Positions 30,127 to 39,630 of a stretch of 64,000 nucleotides of DNA are shown here, one piece after another. Source of the stretch: Nitrospirota bacterium (GTDB lineage Bacteria; Nitrospirota; UBA9217). Location of the stretch: positions 1,888,001 to 1,952,000 of the forward strand of contig CAVTRN010000002.1 of assembly GCA_963737155.1 (NCBI GenBank), in the 5' to 3' direction. The number at the start of each line of letters is the position of its first letter. Position 1 is the first letter of the stretch. Made by a program: the position numbers and the translations under genes. Below the pieces are notes generated by a model, which worked only from the letters and a program-made list of their open reading frames with translations, was not told the DNA's origin and made no database searches.

Positions 30127-30395
30127 GGCTATACCCCTTTCTCTGATTTATTTACCAACTCGCCAGCTGGTTTTAAATCAAGAAAGAGTATAGCCTTCTA
30201 ACTAAACTTTTTCTACTCTTCTACAATATAGCAAGCTGAAGCATTTGGAGTTGTCAATTTCAGCAACAATCAAGACTTCATCCCGAATTTATTGATGCAA
30301 AACTTGTAATACCCACTCTCTACTCACAGTTATTTACAACGCGATTTTCGGACTTCATGACTGAAAAGATACCGATAAAAGAATACTATTGAGGA

Positions 30396-31547
30396 CTATA
30401 CCGTGGTTGATTCCTCGGTGATCTCGTGGACTGCGCATTTAGGAAGACTGAAACCAAAAATGCTTCCTTGACCGGGGCTACTGACAACCCACATCTCGCC
30501 CCCGTGCGCCTCGACGATATTTTTTGATATTGTCAGGCCGAGACCAGAACCCTTCTGGTCGTGAGAAACTCGGTAGTATGCATCGAAGAGGAAAGGAAGC
30601 TTATCAGCCGAGATTCCCTGCCCAGAGTCCTGAACCTCGACACGCGATTGCCGGTCCGTTTCGAGAGTCTTCACGACGACCAGACCACCCGCCCCGGTGT
30701 ACTTCACAGCGTTGTTCAATAGGTTCGTGACGACCCTGTTGACCATGACGATGTCGACATCGAGTGCGGGCATGCATTCGCAGGGCTCGTAGCGGATCAT
30801 AATGTTTTTCTTTTCCGCCTGGACCATAGCAAAATCTATCTGTTTCCGGATTAGCGCATCCAGATCACAGGGGGCAGTGTTCGGCTTGTATCCCTTCGCC
30901 TTCATCCGGGCATGAGCAAGGAAACTTGTCACCATTTGATCTATTGTCAGGAGACCATCAAATATACGTTCGAGCCGACCACGCGCATCATCGGTTTTTC
31001 CGGATAGAATCCGCTCGATGAATCCTATTGCGGGCACAAGAATGTTCTTGATGTCATGAGCGAACATGGAAAGCATGTTTTCCCGCTCTCGTTCAAGTTT
31101 TCCTATTTCGGCGACCTTGTTTTTCAACTCCATGCGGATTTTCTGCCGTTCGATGGCATAGCGAATCGCTTTAACGAACAGTTCACTGGAAAGCTCACCT
31201 TTGACTAAATAGTCCTGTGCACCCCGATTTACCGCCCGGAGAGCCATTTCTTCGTCGTCAAGCCCAGTGAGTACAATTATGGGTATGTCCGGAAACGCAG
31301 TATGTATCTTTATGAAAGCATCCAACCCACAACTGTCGGGCAATCCTAAGTCGGACAGGATGACATCATAGCGTTTCTGAGCGAGTCGCTCGATTCCCGT
31401 CGACAGTCGTTCCGCTCCGTCGATGTCAAACCGGACACCTTTCTTTCTCCCCAGGATTCGTCTGATTAGATCAGCATCATCTCGGTTGTCTTCCAAAAGA
31501 AAAACTTTTATTTCATCATGCGTGGCGATCATCAAGTCCGACTGCAT
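30396..31547 (-). CDS. Hybrid sensor kinase (REC-HisKA-HATPase)
   Basis: LLEDN..ILSDLGLPD..DYLVK; FAHDIKN; NLLNNAVKY, DSGQGI, GSGLGL. Confidence 0.9.
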   Translation of the reverse strand: MQSDLMIATHDEIKVFLLEDNRDDADLIRRILGRKKGVRFDIDGAERLSTGIERLAQKRYDVILSDLGLPDSCGLDAFIKIHTAFPDIPIIVLTGLDDEEMALRAVNRGAQDYLVKGELSSELFVKAIRYAIERQKIRMELKNKVAEIGKLERERENMLSMFAHDIKNILVPAIGFIERILSGKTDDARGRLERIFDGLLTIDQMVTSFLAHARMKAKGYKPNTAPCDLDALIRKQIDFAMVQAEKKNIMIRYEPCECMPALDVDIVMVNRVVTNLLNNAVKYTGAGGLVVVKTLETDRQSRVEVQDSGQGISADKLPFLFDAYYRVSHDQKGSGLGLTISKNIVEAHGGEMWVVSSPGQGSIFGFSLPKCAVHEITEESTTV

Positions 31548-31989
31548 CCCTCAGTTCCTTAATAATATTGTAATATAGATTACCATCATACGGGTAGCAA
31601 TATATTTTCGAGAGCAGTTAAGCTCCGCTGCCAATAGTCGGATCGTAGTTATTGGCCTATGAAAAAACCTCACTTCTTCGTCCTAATAAAGGAATATAAC
31701 CCGTCATGCAACAAAAAAGCCGAGCCCGTCGAGGGTATATCCTTTGCAACCCCATCTTTTCTCACGGCCGCCGCTTTCCTTGCCCATCTTGCGGAGGTAT
31801 CGACATTTTTCAGAAAATATAATTCTACTTCAAGTAATCACTACCTAACTCTTAATTTTTCTCCTGTCAAAGTCTATTTCTAACTGTAGATGTACTGCAT
31901 GTACCTTTTGAGGTTAAATATGCTGTGAAAAAGCCCTTGATACATTACCTAACCCCTGCAAAAATGGGAGATCTTGCCAACACTCCTCA

Positions 31990-32140
31990 AAGTGAATTAC
32001 CCCGCAGCAAGCTGCGGGGCATCGGAACTTGAAACCTTAAAAAAGCACAACAAAGAAGCTGAAGACTTATCCTGGCTTCGCCAGGATGTCCTTTTCATCC
32101 CAGCAGCAAGCTGCTGGGTATTTCAGGACTGTTTTATAAA
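31990..32140 (-). mobile_element. Non-autonomous IS200 derivative (both ends, no transposase)
   Basis: Both ends closely match 18237-18269 and 18721-18793, with about 45 bp of unrelated filler in place of tnpA. Confidence 0.85.
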
Positions 32141-32263
32141 TTCATATTTCATATCGGTATTGCCGCCCTCGACCAAATACAGTTTTACATCCCTCGTTCA
32201 CTATGTTAAATTGGTACACCTTTCGTCTTTTTTTCGCCTTTATGCCAACATTCCGGAGGCCTT

Positions 32264-35200
32264 ATGAAAGCGGACACCCCCCTAACAAAAATGAATTTAG
32301 GCCCTTCGTTCCCGATCGTGGGCATTGGCGCCTCGGCGGGCGGACTTGACGCACTTCAGCGGTTCCTCTCCGTTCTTACGTCTGATTTCGGCTTTGCTCT
32401 GGTTTTCATCCAGCATCTCTCCTCGAAGCACAAGAGCCTCCTCTCAGATCTCCTCTCCGCAAGGTGGCCCTCTCTCGTGATCCAGGAGATATCCGACGGT
32501 CTCAAGGCACAGCCCGGGAGACTTTACTTGTCCCCACCGGGCAAGGAGGTCCGCCTCCGGAACGGTCTCTTTCAGACAACTGTGCATCCCGAGGGGCTCA
32601 TCCACCTGCCGATCGATGAATTTCTCTCTTCACTGGCGGAGGACTCAGCCGACCGGTCCATAGCCGTGATCTTCTCAGGCGCGGGGACTGACGGGGCCAG
32701 GGGCTGCCAGGCTGTCCGAAGCGCAGGCGGCATGGTGTTCGTTCAGGACCCGCAGACCGCAGAATTTAACAGCATGCCTCTTACAGCCATTGCAACGGGC
32801 CAGGCGGATGCCGTGCTCTCGCCCGAGGGCATTGCAGCGGAGCTCCGCAAGCTCTCAGGAATTGGCCAAGCCGCTGTGAGCCGCGAGTATCCCATATCAC
32901 CGGAAGAGTTCAGCGCCTTCTTCCGGATGCTACAGGAGAAGACAGGATCGCGCTTCAACCATTATAAAAAAAGCGTGGTCAGCCGAAGGATCAGAAGACG
33001 CATGTACCTTCACGGGCTTTCCACAGTCAAAGATTACCTGGACCTCATCACAGCCAGTGATCCCGAGGCTGCACGCCTCGCGTCCGATCTAATGATCGGC
33101 GTCACCTCGTTCTTCCGCGACCGGGTCGCATGGAAGGCCCTGAACCTGGAGGCGATCCGAAAAATCACGTCTGAAAAAGCCGATCTTCCCGTCCGCGTCT
33201 GGACTCCTGCAAGCGCCACGGGCGAGGAAGCCTACTCCATCGCCATGATGCTTCTGCGGGAACTCGCCCTTGCCGGAAAAAGGAGGGATATTCAGGTCTT
33301 CGCTACAGACGTGAATGACCGTGCGCTGGAACATGCACGTGAGGGCAAGTATCCCGTGAGCATCACTGCGGACATGCCACAGGAATATGGACAGAAGTAC
33401 TTCACTTCAACAGATGATGGCAACTTCCTCGTCATCAACAAGGAGGTCAGGGAATGCGTGGTCTTCGCCAAGCAAGACCTTTTGACCGACCCTCCCTTCT
33501 CCAAGCTCGACCTCATCATCTGCCGTAATTTCCTAATCTACCTGGAGCCTGAGGCCCAGGAAAAATGTATAAACCTCTTTCACTATGCACTTAATGAGGG
33601 CGGCTACGTCTTCCTTGGTAACGCAGAGACAGTGGGCAGAAAGAGCGCTCTCTTTAAGAGCATCGGCCACAAGCAATGCCGCGTTTACCGGAAGTTGGCG
33701 ACTAAACCTGCTTCAAGACCGCCTATCTCGATCCCTTACGCAAATGAACGTCAGGTGTCGTCTGCCAAACAAGCGCAAATGATAGAGCAGACCCGGTCTG
33801 TCATGGAAATCATCCAGGAAAAACTGCTTGAAGGATTTGGGCCTGCTGCCGTGGCCATAAACCAGAATTACGAGATTATCTACCACAACGGCCCCACGAA
33901 ACGGTATCTCAGCCAGCCGCGGGGAGCGCCGACGCAGAACCTCCTGGATCTAGTGCCCGAGAACCTCCGCAGCCGGATACGCGGGGCGCTCTACCAGTCG
34001 GGTCGCGAAGAAAAGCCAGTGGTTATCCGCACCAACATCGTCGGAGATGACAACCAAAAAAGACAGATCTCGCTCCAGTTCACGAAAGCGCAGGAGAACC
34101 TGTATCTCGTTGTTTTTCAGGAAGGGGGATTCACAAAACAAGAAGTAGCCGAGCAGATCGATGTCGCCGTAATTGAGGAGACAGCGATCCATCAGCTCGA
34201 AAGCGAACTTGCGGCGACACGCACTGACCTTCAGAGCAACATCGAGCAGTTAAAGAGCATGAACGAAGAGTTCCAGTCCTCGAACGAGGAATTGCAGGCC
34301 TCAAACGAGGAGCTTGAGACCTCCCGCGAAGAACTCCAGTCGTTGAATGAAGAGCTGATCACTGTAAACTCTCAGCTCCAGGGCAAGATTGAGGAGCAGG
34401 ATACCACTAATAACGATCTGAATAACTTCCAGGCGAGCACGAACATCCCGACAATTTTCCTGGACACGCACTTCCGCGTTAAGCGTTTCACACCCGCGAT
34501 ACTCAAGCTCATCAAGCTCCTTCCTTCGGACGTGGGCCGCCACATTATAGATATGTCCCAGGAGAATCTCGGACCTGACCTCACTTCCGACGCCCAGTCC
34601 GTACTGGAACAGCTCACGCCGTCGCGGCGGGAGCTTGAGTTAAGCGGCGTATGGTATGTTCGGACGATTCTTCCCTATCGCACCGCGGACAATCGCATAG
34701 AGGGTGTTGTCGTCACCTATAATGACGTTACCGAGCTCAAACGAGCCGAGGAACGAGCGTTGCACCTTGCCTCGTTTCCGCAGCTCAATCCGAATCCGAT
34801 CATCGAGGTGGATGCCTCCGGTAAGGTCATCTTCGCCAATCCTGGAACGGAAAGTATTCTGCAAAGCCTGGGCATGGACAAGGGGGAGGTAACGGTCTTC
34901 CTTCCAAGGGACCTGGATATCATCTTAAAAGACCTGGAGAAGAACAGCGAATCCTCCATCTCTCGCGAGATTTCGATCAAAGACAGAGTGTTTAACGAGA
35001 ACATTCAACTGATTACTCACTTCAAAGTGGCTCGCATTTACGCCTATGACATCACCAAGCGAAAGCGAGCGGAGGAGGCGCTGCAAGAGAGCGAGCAACG
35101 GGTCAGGCTGAAACTGAACAGCATACTTTCTCCCGAGGGAGACATAGGGAATCTGGAACTCGCCGACATTATTGATGCACCGGCGATCCAGTCGCTCATG

Positions 35201-38200
35201 GAAAAGTTCTACGAGCTTACCCATATTCCCCTGGCCGTCATCGACCTCAAAGGCAAGGTGCTTGTCGGCATGGGCTGGCAGGAGATCTGCACAAAATTCC
35301 ACCGGGTTCATCCCGAAACCTGCGGATACTGCATAGAAAGTGACACGCTGCTCACGGAAGGCGTGCCTGCGGGAGAATACAAACTGTACAAGTGCAAGAA
35401 CAACATGTGGGACGTTGCGACGACCATCGAGGTGGGTGGCAAGAATCTGGGTCATTTTTTTACCGGACAGTTCTTATTTGATGGCGAAGCGCCTGATTAC
35501 GAATTCTTTCGGGCTCAGGCGAAGCAGTACAGCTTTGATGAACAGGAATATCTTGCGGCCCTGGACAAAGTACCGCGGCTTAGTCGGGCGACCGTTGATA
35601 CGGTCATGGGTTTCTTCATGAAGCTGTCCGGTATGATTTCCCAGCTTAGTTACAGCAACATCAAACTGGCCCGCTCGCTCGTCGAACGCGATACTTTGAT
35701 GGATTCACTTCGGCAGAGCCAGCAGCAAAATGAATTCCTGGCCGATATCGTCAGGTATGCTGCCCAGCCCTTCGGTCAGGGATTTCCGGACGGCCGCCTC
35801 GGGCTCGTTAACAAGGCATTTGAACAGCTTACCGGATACAGAGAAGATGAGCTCAAGTCCATGGACTGGGCTCGGGTTCTCACGCCGCCGGAGTGGGAGG
35901 AGTTTGAACGACAGAAACTTGAGGAACTTCAGCGTACCGGCAAGCCGGTGCGATATGAAAAGGAGTATATCAGGAAGGATGGCACCCGCGTGCCCATTGA
36001 GCTGCTGGTTCATCTCGTGACCGGTCCGGACAGGACACCGTTGTATTATTATTCTTTCCTCATGGACATCACGGAGCGGAAACGAGCACAGGAGGAACGG
36101 GAGTCAATGGTTGAATTCCTGCGTCTTGTGAACGAATGCCGGGGAACAGCAGAACTGGTCCGGGGGGCGGCGGAATTTTTCCAGCAGCGCTCAGGCTGCG
36201 AGGCTGTGGGCATTAGGCTTCACGAAAAGCAAGATTACCCTTATTTTGAGACACGAGGCTTTTCGCATGAGTTCGTACAACTGGAAAGCAGGCTTTGCTC
36301 CTGCGACCAGGAGGGAAATCCCATCCTTGACAGCTCTGGCAATCCCATTCTGGCATGTATGTGCGGTAACGTGATCTGCGGACGGTTCGATCCAGCGAAA
36401 CCCTTTTTCACAAAAAGAGGGAGCTTCTGGAGTAACTGTACGACTGATCTGCTTGCCACAACCACTGACGCGGACCGCCAGGTACGGACGCGCAACCGGT
36501 GCAACGGCGAGGGGTACGAGTCGGTTGCCCTGATCGGCCTGACGCTTGGAGAGGAACGATTGGGCCTCCTCCAATTGAACGATAAGCGAAAGGGACGGTT
36601 TACTCTCGCGACGATAACCCTGTGGGAGCGTCTAGCTGATTATCTTGCTGTTGCGTTGGCGAAGTTCCGCGCCGACGAGGAACTACGCAAGAGCGAGGCA
36701 CAGTATCGCGGATTATTTGAGAATATGATCGAAGGATATGCCTACTGCAAGATGATCTTTGAAACGGGGAAACCGAAGGACTTCATCTATCTTTCGGTGA
36801 ATCGCGCTTTCGAGACGTTGACGGGATTGGAAAATGTCGTAGGGAAGAAAGTCACAGAAGTTATTCCAGGCATCAGGGAGGCCGATCCGGGACTTTTTGA
36901 GATTTATGGCAGAGTGTCCTTAACTGGCAAGCCCGAGAGATTCGAAATGTTCGTCGAGGCGCTGAAGATGTGGTTCTCCATCTCGGTGTACAGTCCGGAG
37001 AAAGAATTCTTCGTGGCCGTCTTCGATGTCATCACTGAGCGCAAGAAGGCGGAAGAGGCGCAGGGCCGTCTGGCTGCTATCATTGAGAGCGCGGAAGATG
37101 CGATCATCGGCAAGGACCTGAACGGCATCATTGAGACGTGGAATGTGGGGGCTGAAAATATCTTTGGATACAAGGCAGAGGAAGTGATCGGGAAACCGAT
37201 CTCTCTCCTCATACCACCGGGGAATACTGATGAAGTCCCCGAAATCCTGGCAAGGATCAAGCGAGGAGAACATATCGAGAGTTTCGAAACTGTACGCATG
37301 CGGAAAGACGGAACGATTATTCCCGTGTCACTGACATTCTCAGCTATCAAGGATACAACTGGCCATATTATTGGTGCGTCAAAAATCGCACACGATATAA
37401 CTGATCGCAAGCGGACTGAAGAGGCACTGCGAGAGAGAGAGGAGCGGCTTCGCCGCTTTTACGAGTCGAGCTTGATCGGCGTAATTTACTGGAACATGGA
37501 TGGCGTGATAATGGATGCTAACGATCAGTTCCTGCAGATGGTTGGCTATACGCGTCAGGATCTGGCAGCTGGTCGTCTCGATTGGATCAATATGACCCCG
37601 CCGGTGTATCGGCATCTGGATGAGCAGTCTGCTGCAGAACTTAAAGCCGCAGGTGTCAACAAAAAGCCTATTGAGAAGGAGTATATCCGAAAGGATGGTA
37701 CACGGATTCCAATCATCGTCGCTGGCGCCATGCTGGATGAGGCACGCTTCAATGGGGTTGCATTCGTCCTGGACATCACCGAACGCAAGAAAGCAGAGGA
37801 AGACGTCCTGAAATTGAGCGAAAACATGGCGGCGCGGAACGTAGAATTGGAATTCGCGAACAGGGAGATGGAATCCTTCATCTACTCGGTGTCCCATGAT
37901 CTGCGGGCTCCGCTCCGCACTATCGCTGGTTTCTCTAAAATGCTCATCGAGGATTGCGGCAACAAGCTGGAAAACCAGCCGAAGGACTATTTAAGACGCA
38001 TAACCAACGCCTCGAAAAAAATGGGCGAGCTCATTGAAGACCTGCTACGCCTTTCACGGATATCAAAACAGGATATGAACCGGATGGACTATGATCTCAG
38101 CATGTTGATTTCCACGATCGCGGCCGGTCTTCGCGAGGCCGATCCCGGCAGGAAAGTCGAAGTTGCTATTGCTGAAGGCTTGCGCGCCTCCGTGGACCCA

Positions 38201-38527
38201 AATCTGATCAGGATCGCGTTTGCGAACCTTCTTGAAAACGCCTGGAAATTTACCTCGAAAACGAAGGACGCCCGCATTGAATTCAGCGCCTTCGAACAGG
38301 ATGGGAAGACCGTCTACTCTGTCAGGGACAACGGTGCTGGGTTCGACCAGACCTACGCGGACAAGATGTTTCACCCGTTCCAGCGGCTGCATACTGAAAA
38401 GGAGTTCGAGGGTACGGGAGTCGGTCTTGCCATCGTCGAACGTATCATCCGCCGTCACGGCGGTGCGGTCTGGGCAGAGGGGGAAGTTGGGAAAGGGGCG
38501 ACGGTATATTTTACGCTGGGAGTATAA
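32264..38527 (+). CDS. Giant CheB-CheR-PAS-PocR-GAF-PAS histidine kinase (2087 aa)
   Basis: CheB GIGASAGG/QH/GTDG; CheR IGVTSFFRD, TGEEAYS, CRNFLIY; coiled coil ELQSLNEEL; PocR (ICTKFHR..CIESD..YKCKNNM..GQF); GAF; several PAS/PAC; SVSHDLRAP; NLLENAWKF, GTGVGL. Confidence 0.92.
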   Translation: MKADTPLTKMNLGPSFPIVGIGASAGGLDALQRFLSVLTSDFGFALVFIQHLSSKHKSLLSDLLSARWPSLVIQEISDGLKAQPGRLYLSPPGKEVRLRNGLFQTTVHPEGLIHLPIDEFLSSLAEDSADRSIAVIFSGAGTDGARGCQAVRSAGGMVFVQDPQTAEFNSMPLTAIATGQADAVLSPEGIAAELRKLSGIGQAAVSREYPISPEEFSAFFRMLQEKTGSRFNHYKKSVVSRRIRRRMYLHGLSTVKDYLDLITASDPEAARLASDLMIGVTSFFRDRVAWKALNLEAIRKITSEKADLPVRVWTPASATGEEAYSIAMMLLRELALAGKRRDIQVFATDVNDRALEHAREGKYPVSITADMPQEYGQKYFTSTDDGNFLVINKEVRECVVFAKQDLLTDPPFSKLDLIICRNFLIYLEPEAQEKCINLFHYALNEGGYVFLGNAETVGRKSALFKSIGHKQCRVYRKLATKPASRPPISIPYANERQVSSAKQAQMIEQTRSVMEIIQEKLLEGFGPAAVAINQNYEIIYHNGPTKRYLSQPRGAPTQNLLDLVPENLRSRIRGALYQSGREEKPVVIRTNIVGDDNQKRQISLQFTKAQENLYLVVFQEGGFTKQEVAEQIDVAVIEETAIHQLESELAATRTDLQSNIEQLKSMNEEFQSSNEELQASNEELETSREELQSLNEELITVNSQLQGKIEEQDTTNNDLNNFQASTNIPTIFLDTHFRVKRFTPAILKLIKLLPSDVGRHIIDMSQENLGPDLTSDAQSVLEQLTPSRRELELSGVWYVRTILPYRTADNRIEGVVVTYNDVTELKRAEERALHLASFPQLNPNPIIEVDASGKVIFANPGTESILQSLGMDKGEVTVFLPRDLDIILKDLEKNSESSISREISIKDRVFNENIQLITHFKVARIYAYDITKRKRAEEALQESEQRVRLKLNSILSPEGDIGNLELADIIDAPAIQSLMEKFYELTHIPLAVIDLKGKVLVGMGWQEICTKFHRVHPETCGYCIESDTLLTEGVPAGEYKLYKCKNNMWDVATTIEVGGKNLGHFFTGQFLFDGEAPDYEFFRAQAKQYSFDEQEYLAALDKVPRLSRATVDTVMGFFMKLSGMISQLSYSNIKLARSLVERDTLMDSLRQSQQQNEFLADIVRYAAQPFGQGFPDGRLGLVNKAFEQLTGYREDELKSMDWARVLTPPEWEEFERQKLEELQRTGKPVRYEKEYIRKDGTRVPIELLVHLVTGPDRTPLYYYSFLMDITERKRAQEERESMVEFLRLVNECRGTAELVRGAAEFFQQRSGCEAVGIRLHEKQDYPYFETRGFSHEFVQLESRLCSCDQEGNPILDSSGNPILACMCGNVICGRFDPAKPFFTKRGSFWSNCTTDLLATTTDADRQVRTRNRCNGEGYESVALIGLTLGEERLGLLQLNDKRKGRFTLATITLWERLADYLAVALAKFRADEELRKSEAQYRGLFENMIEGYAYCKMIFETGKPKDFIYLSVNRAFETLTGLENVVGKKVTEVIPGIREADPGLFEIYGRVSLTGKPERFEMFVEALKMWFSISVYSPEKEFFVAVFDVITERKKAEEAQGRLAAIIESAEDAIIGKDLNGIIETWNVGAENIFGYKAEEVIGKPISLLIPPGNTDEVPEILARIKRGEHIESFETVRMRKDGTIIPVSLTFSAIKDTTGHIIGASKIAHDITDRKRTEEALREREERLRRFYESSLIGVIYWNMDGVIMDANDQFLQMVGYTRQDLAAGRLDWINMTPPVYRHLDEQSAAELKAAGVNKKPIEKEYIRKDGTRIPIIVAGAMLDEARFNGVAFVLDITERKKAEEDVLKLSENMAARNVELEFANREMESFIYSVSHDLRAPLRTIAGFSKMLIEDCGNKLENQPKDYLRRITNASKKMGELIEDLLRLSRISKQDMNRMDYDLSMLISTIAAGLREADPGRKVEVAIAEGLRASVDPNLIRIAFANLLENAWKFTSKTKDARIEFSAFEQDGKTVYSVRDNGAGFDQTYADKMFHPFQRLHTEKEFEGTGVGLAIVERIIRRHGGAVWAEGEVGKGATVYFTLGV

Positions 38528-38848
38528 TACAAGGACTGAATGAAAAACTGAAGGCATGATGTAAGCCGTTTTTTCAGCGCATTTCTATCAGGTGCCACTA
38601 CAACTTAGCAGATGCTATCACAGAGATCCTACGTTTGATCGAGCCAAAGGATATCGTTTGTAACTCTCGAAGCGATAGCCTTTCCGTGTCTCATTTGAAT
38701 CTTTTTTAAATTGCATGATGCAGTTGAATAAGGCTGTCAAACACGCTTGTAGAATAATAGGCAATTCCTAATTGCAATCCGTCAGTTTCTCAACAAATTC
38801 ATTTCTGCTGCGTAACCCTCTAAACGCACTGCACAATCAGCGCACAAA

Positions 38849-38915
38849 AATGGCGGTTCGATCACATGTCACAAGAGCCTGGGTGGACTGCTCAGATATT
38901 ACTACCGTGATGCCA
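38849..38915 (+). pseudogene. Integrase-core transposase C-terminal remnant
   Basis: GSITCHKSLGGLLRYYYRDA resembles the I.C..RLGGLL.YY.R.A tail of rve-type IS transposases. Confidence 0.5.
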
Positions 38916-39422
38916 TAAGTTTAATGATACGAGGTTCGCACCAAGGTGTTCGTCGAGACAGACAGTTTTTCAGCCTTATGCAGGAAGGCCCTGTAACGCT
39001 TTGGATTTAGTTAGAAACAGCGACCATTAAGCAGGGAAATCATTCGGTCCGACAACAGCCTTACATAGATTTCAAACGATCACGGCTGGGAGGGCTGAGC
39101 GTTCAGTATAAAAAACTGGGTAGACAAAGCAACAGCACTACGGTACCGCGAGGTGACCGACGCGGTGCCCTTGATTATGGCTAAGGGCAGGGGGCTGGTC
39201 ACGGAGAGAATCATTGCGATCCCTTCATTACCTCGCTGTCCAGGATTTCATTCGATATAAAGTGAAATAAATCGTGACTATTTTGCGAGCTATGAAAAGA
39301 ATACGCACGTTTGCAGCAATAGCCAGAATTTTGACGCACGCGGGGTTAAGCTTTAATCCTGGGTGGTTTTTCAATAGGTTGTTTTTGCTTGCTTAATTGA
39401 CACGACGTCGGTTTTATATTTG

Positions 39423-39438
39423 TGGTATATATTTTGCT
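39423..39438 (+). promoter_or_regulatory. Candidate sigma-54 promoter
   Basis: TGGTAT-ATATT-TTGCT has GG/GC at exact -24/-12 spacing, about 190 bp before the REC-PAS kinase. Confidence 0.5.
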
Positions 39439-39630
39439 TTAATAACGTCGAATAATGTTATCTATGTCGGCTGTTCTCCGAAGGGGGAAGACCGTTCGCT
39501 GCAATGCCAATCTGTGGTCAATCACTCTAAAAGTTATCTGATGAAACCCGTGGATTTCTCATAGTTCATGGAGACGATGGAAACGTCCGGCTACTGCTGA
39601 CTGGCTTTGAACCAGCAGATGTTCTAACCT

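Larger units (their letters stand above)
28481..30238 (-). mobile_element. IS110-family element (IS1111-like layout, long non-coding region 3' of the recombinase)
   Basis: CAG core (CTG on +) at 28481-28483 and 30236-30238; joining the ends creates TTGACA-17-TATATT. Confidence 0.8.

Noticed and set aside
31974-32267. 97-aa ORF containing YPAASCGAS/IPAASCWV
   Set aside because: Translation of the IS200-derived palindromes, not a protein.
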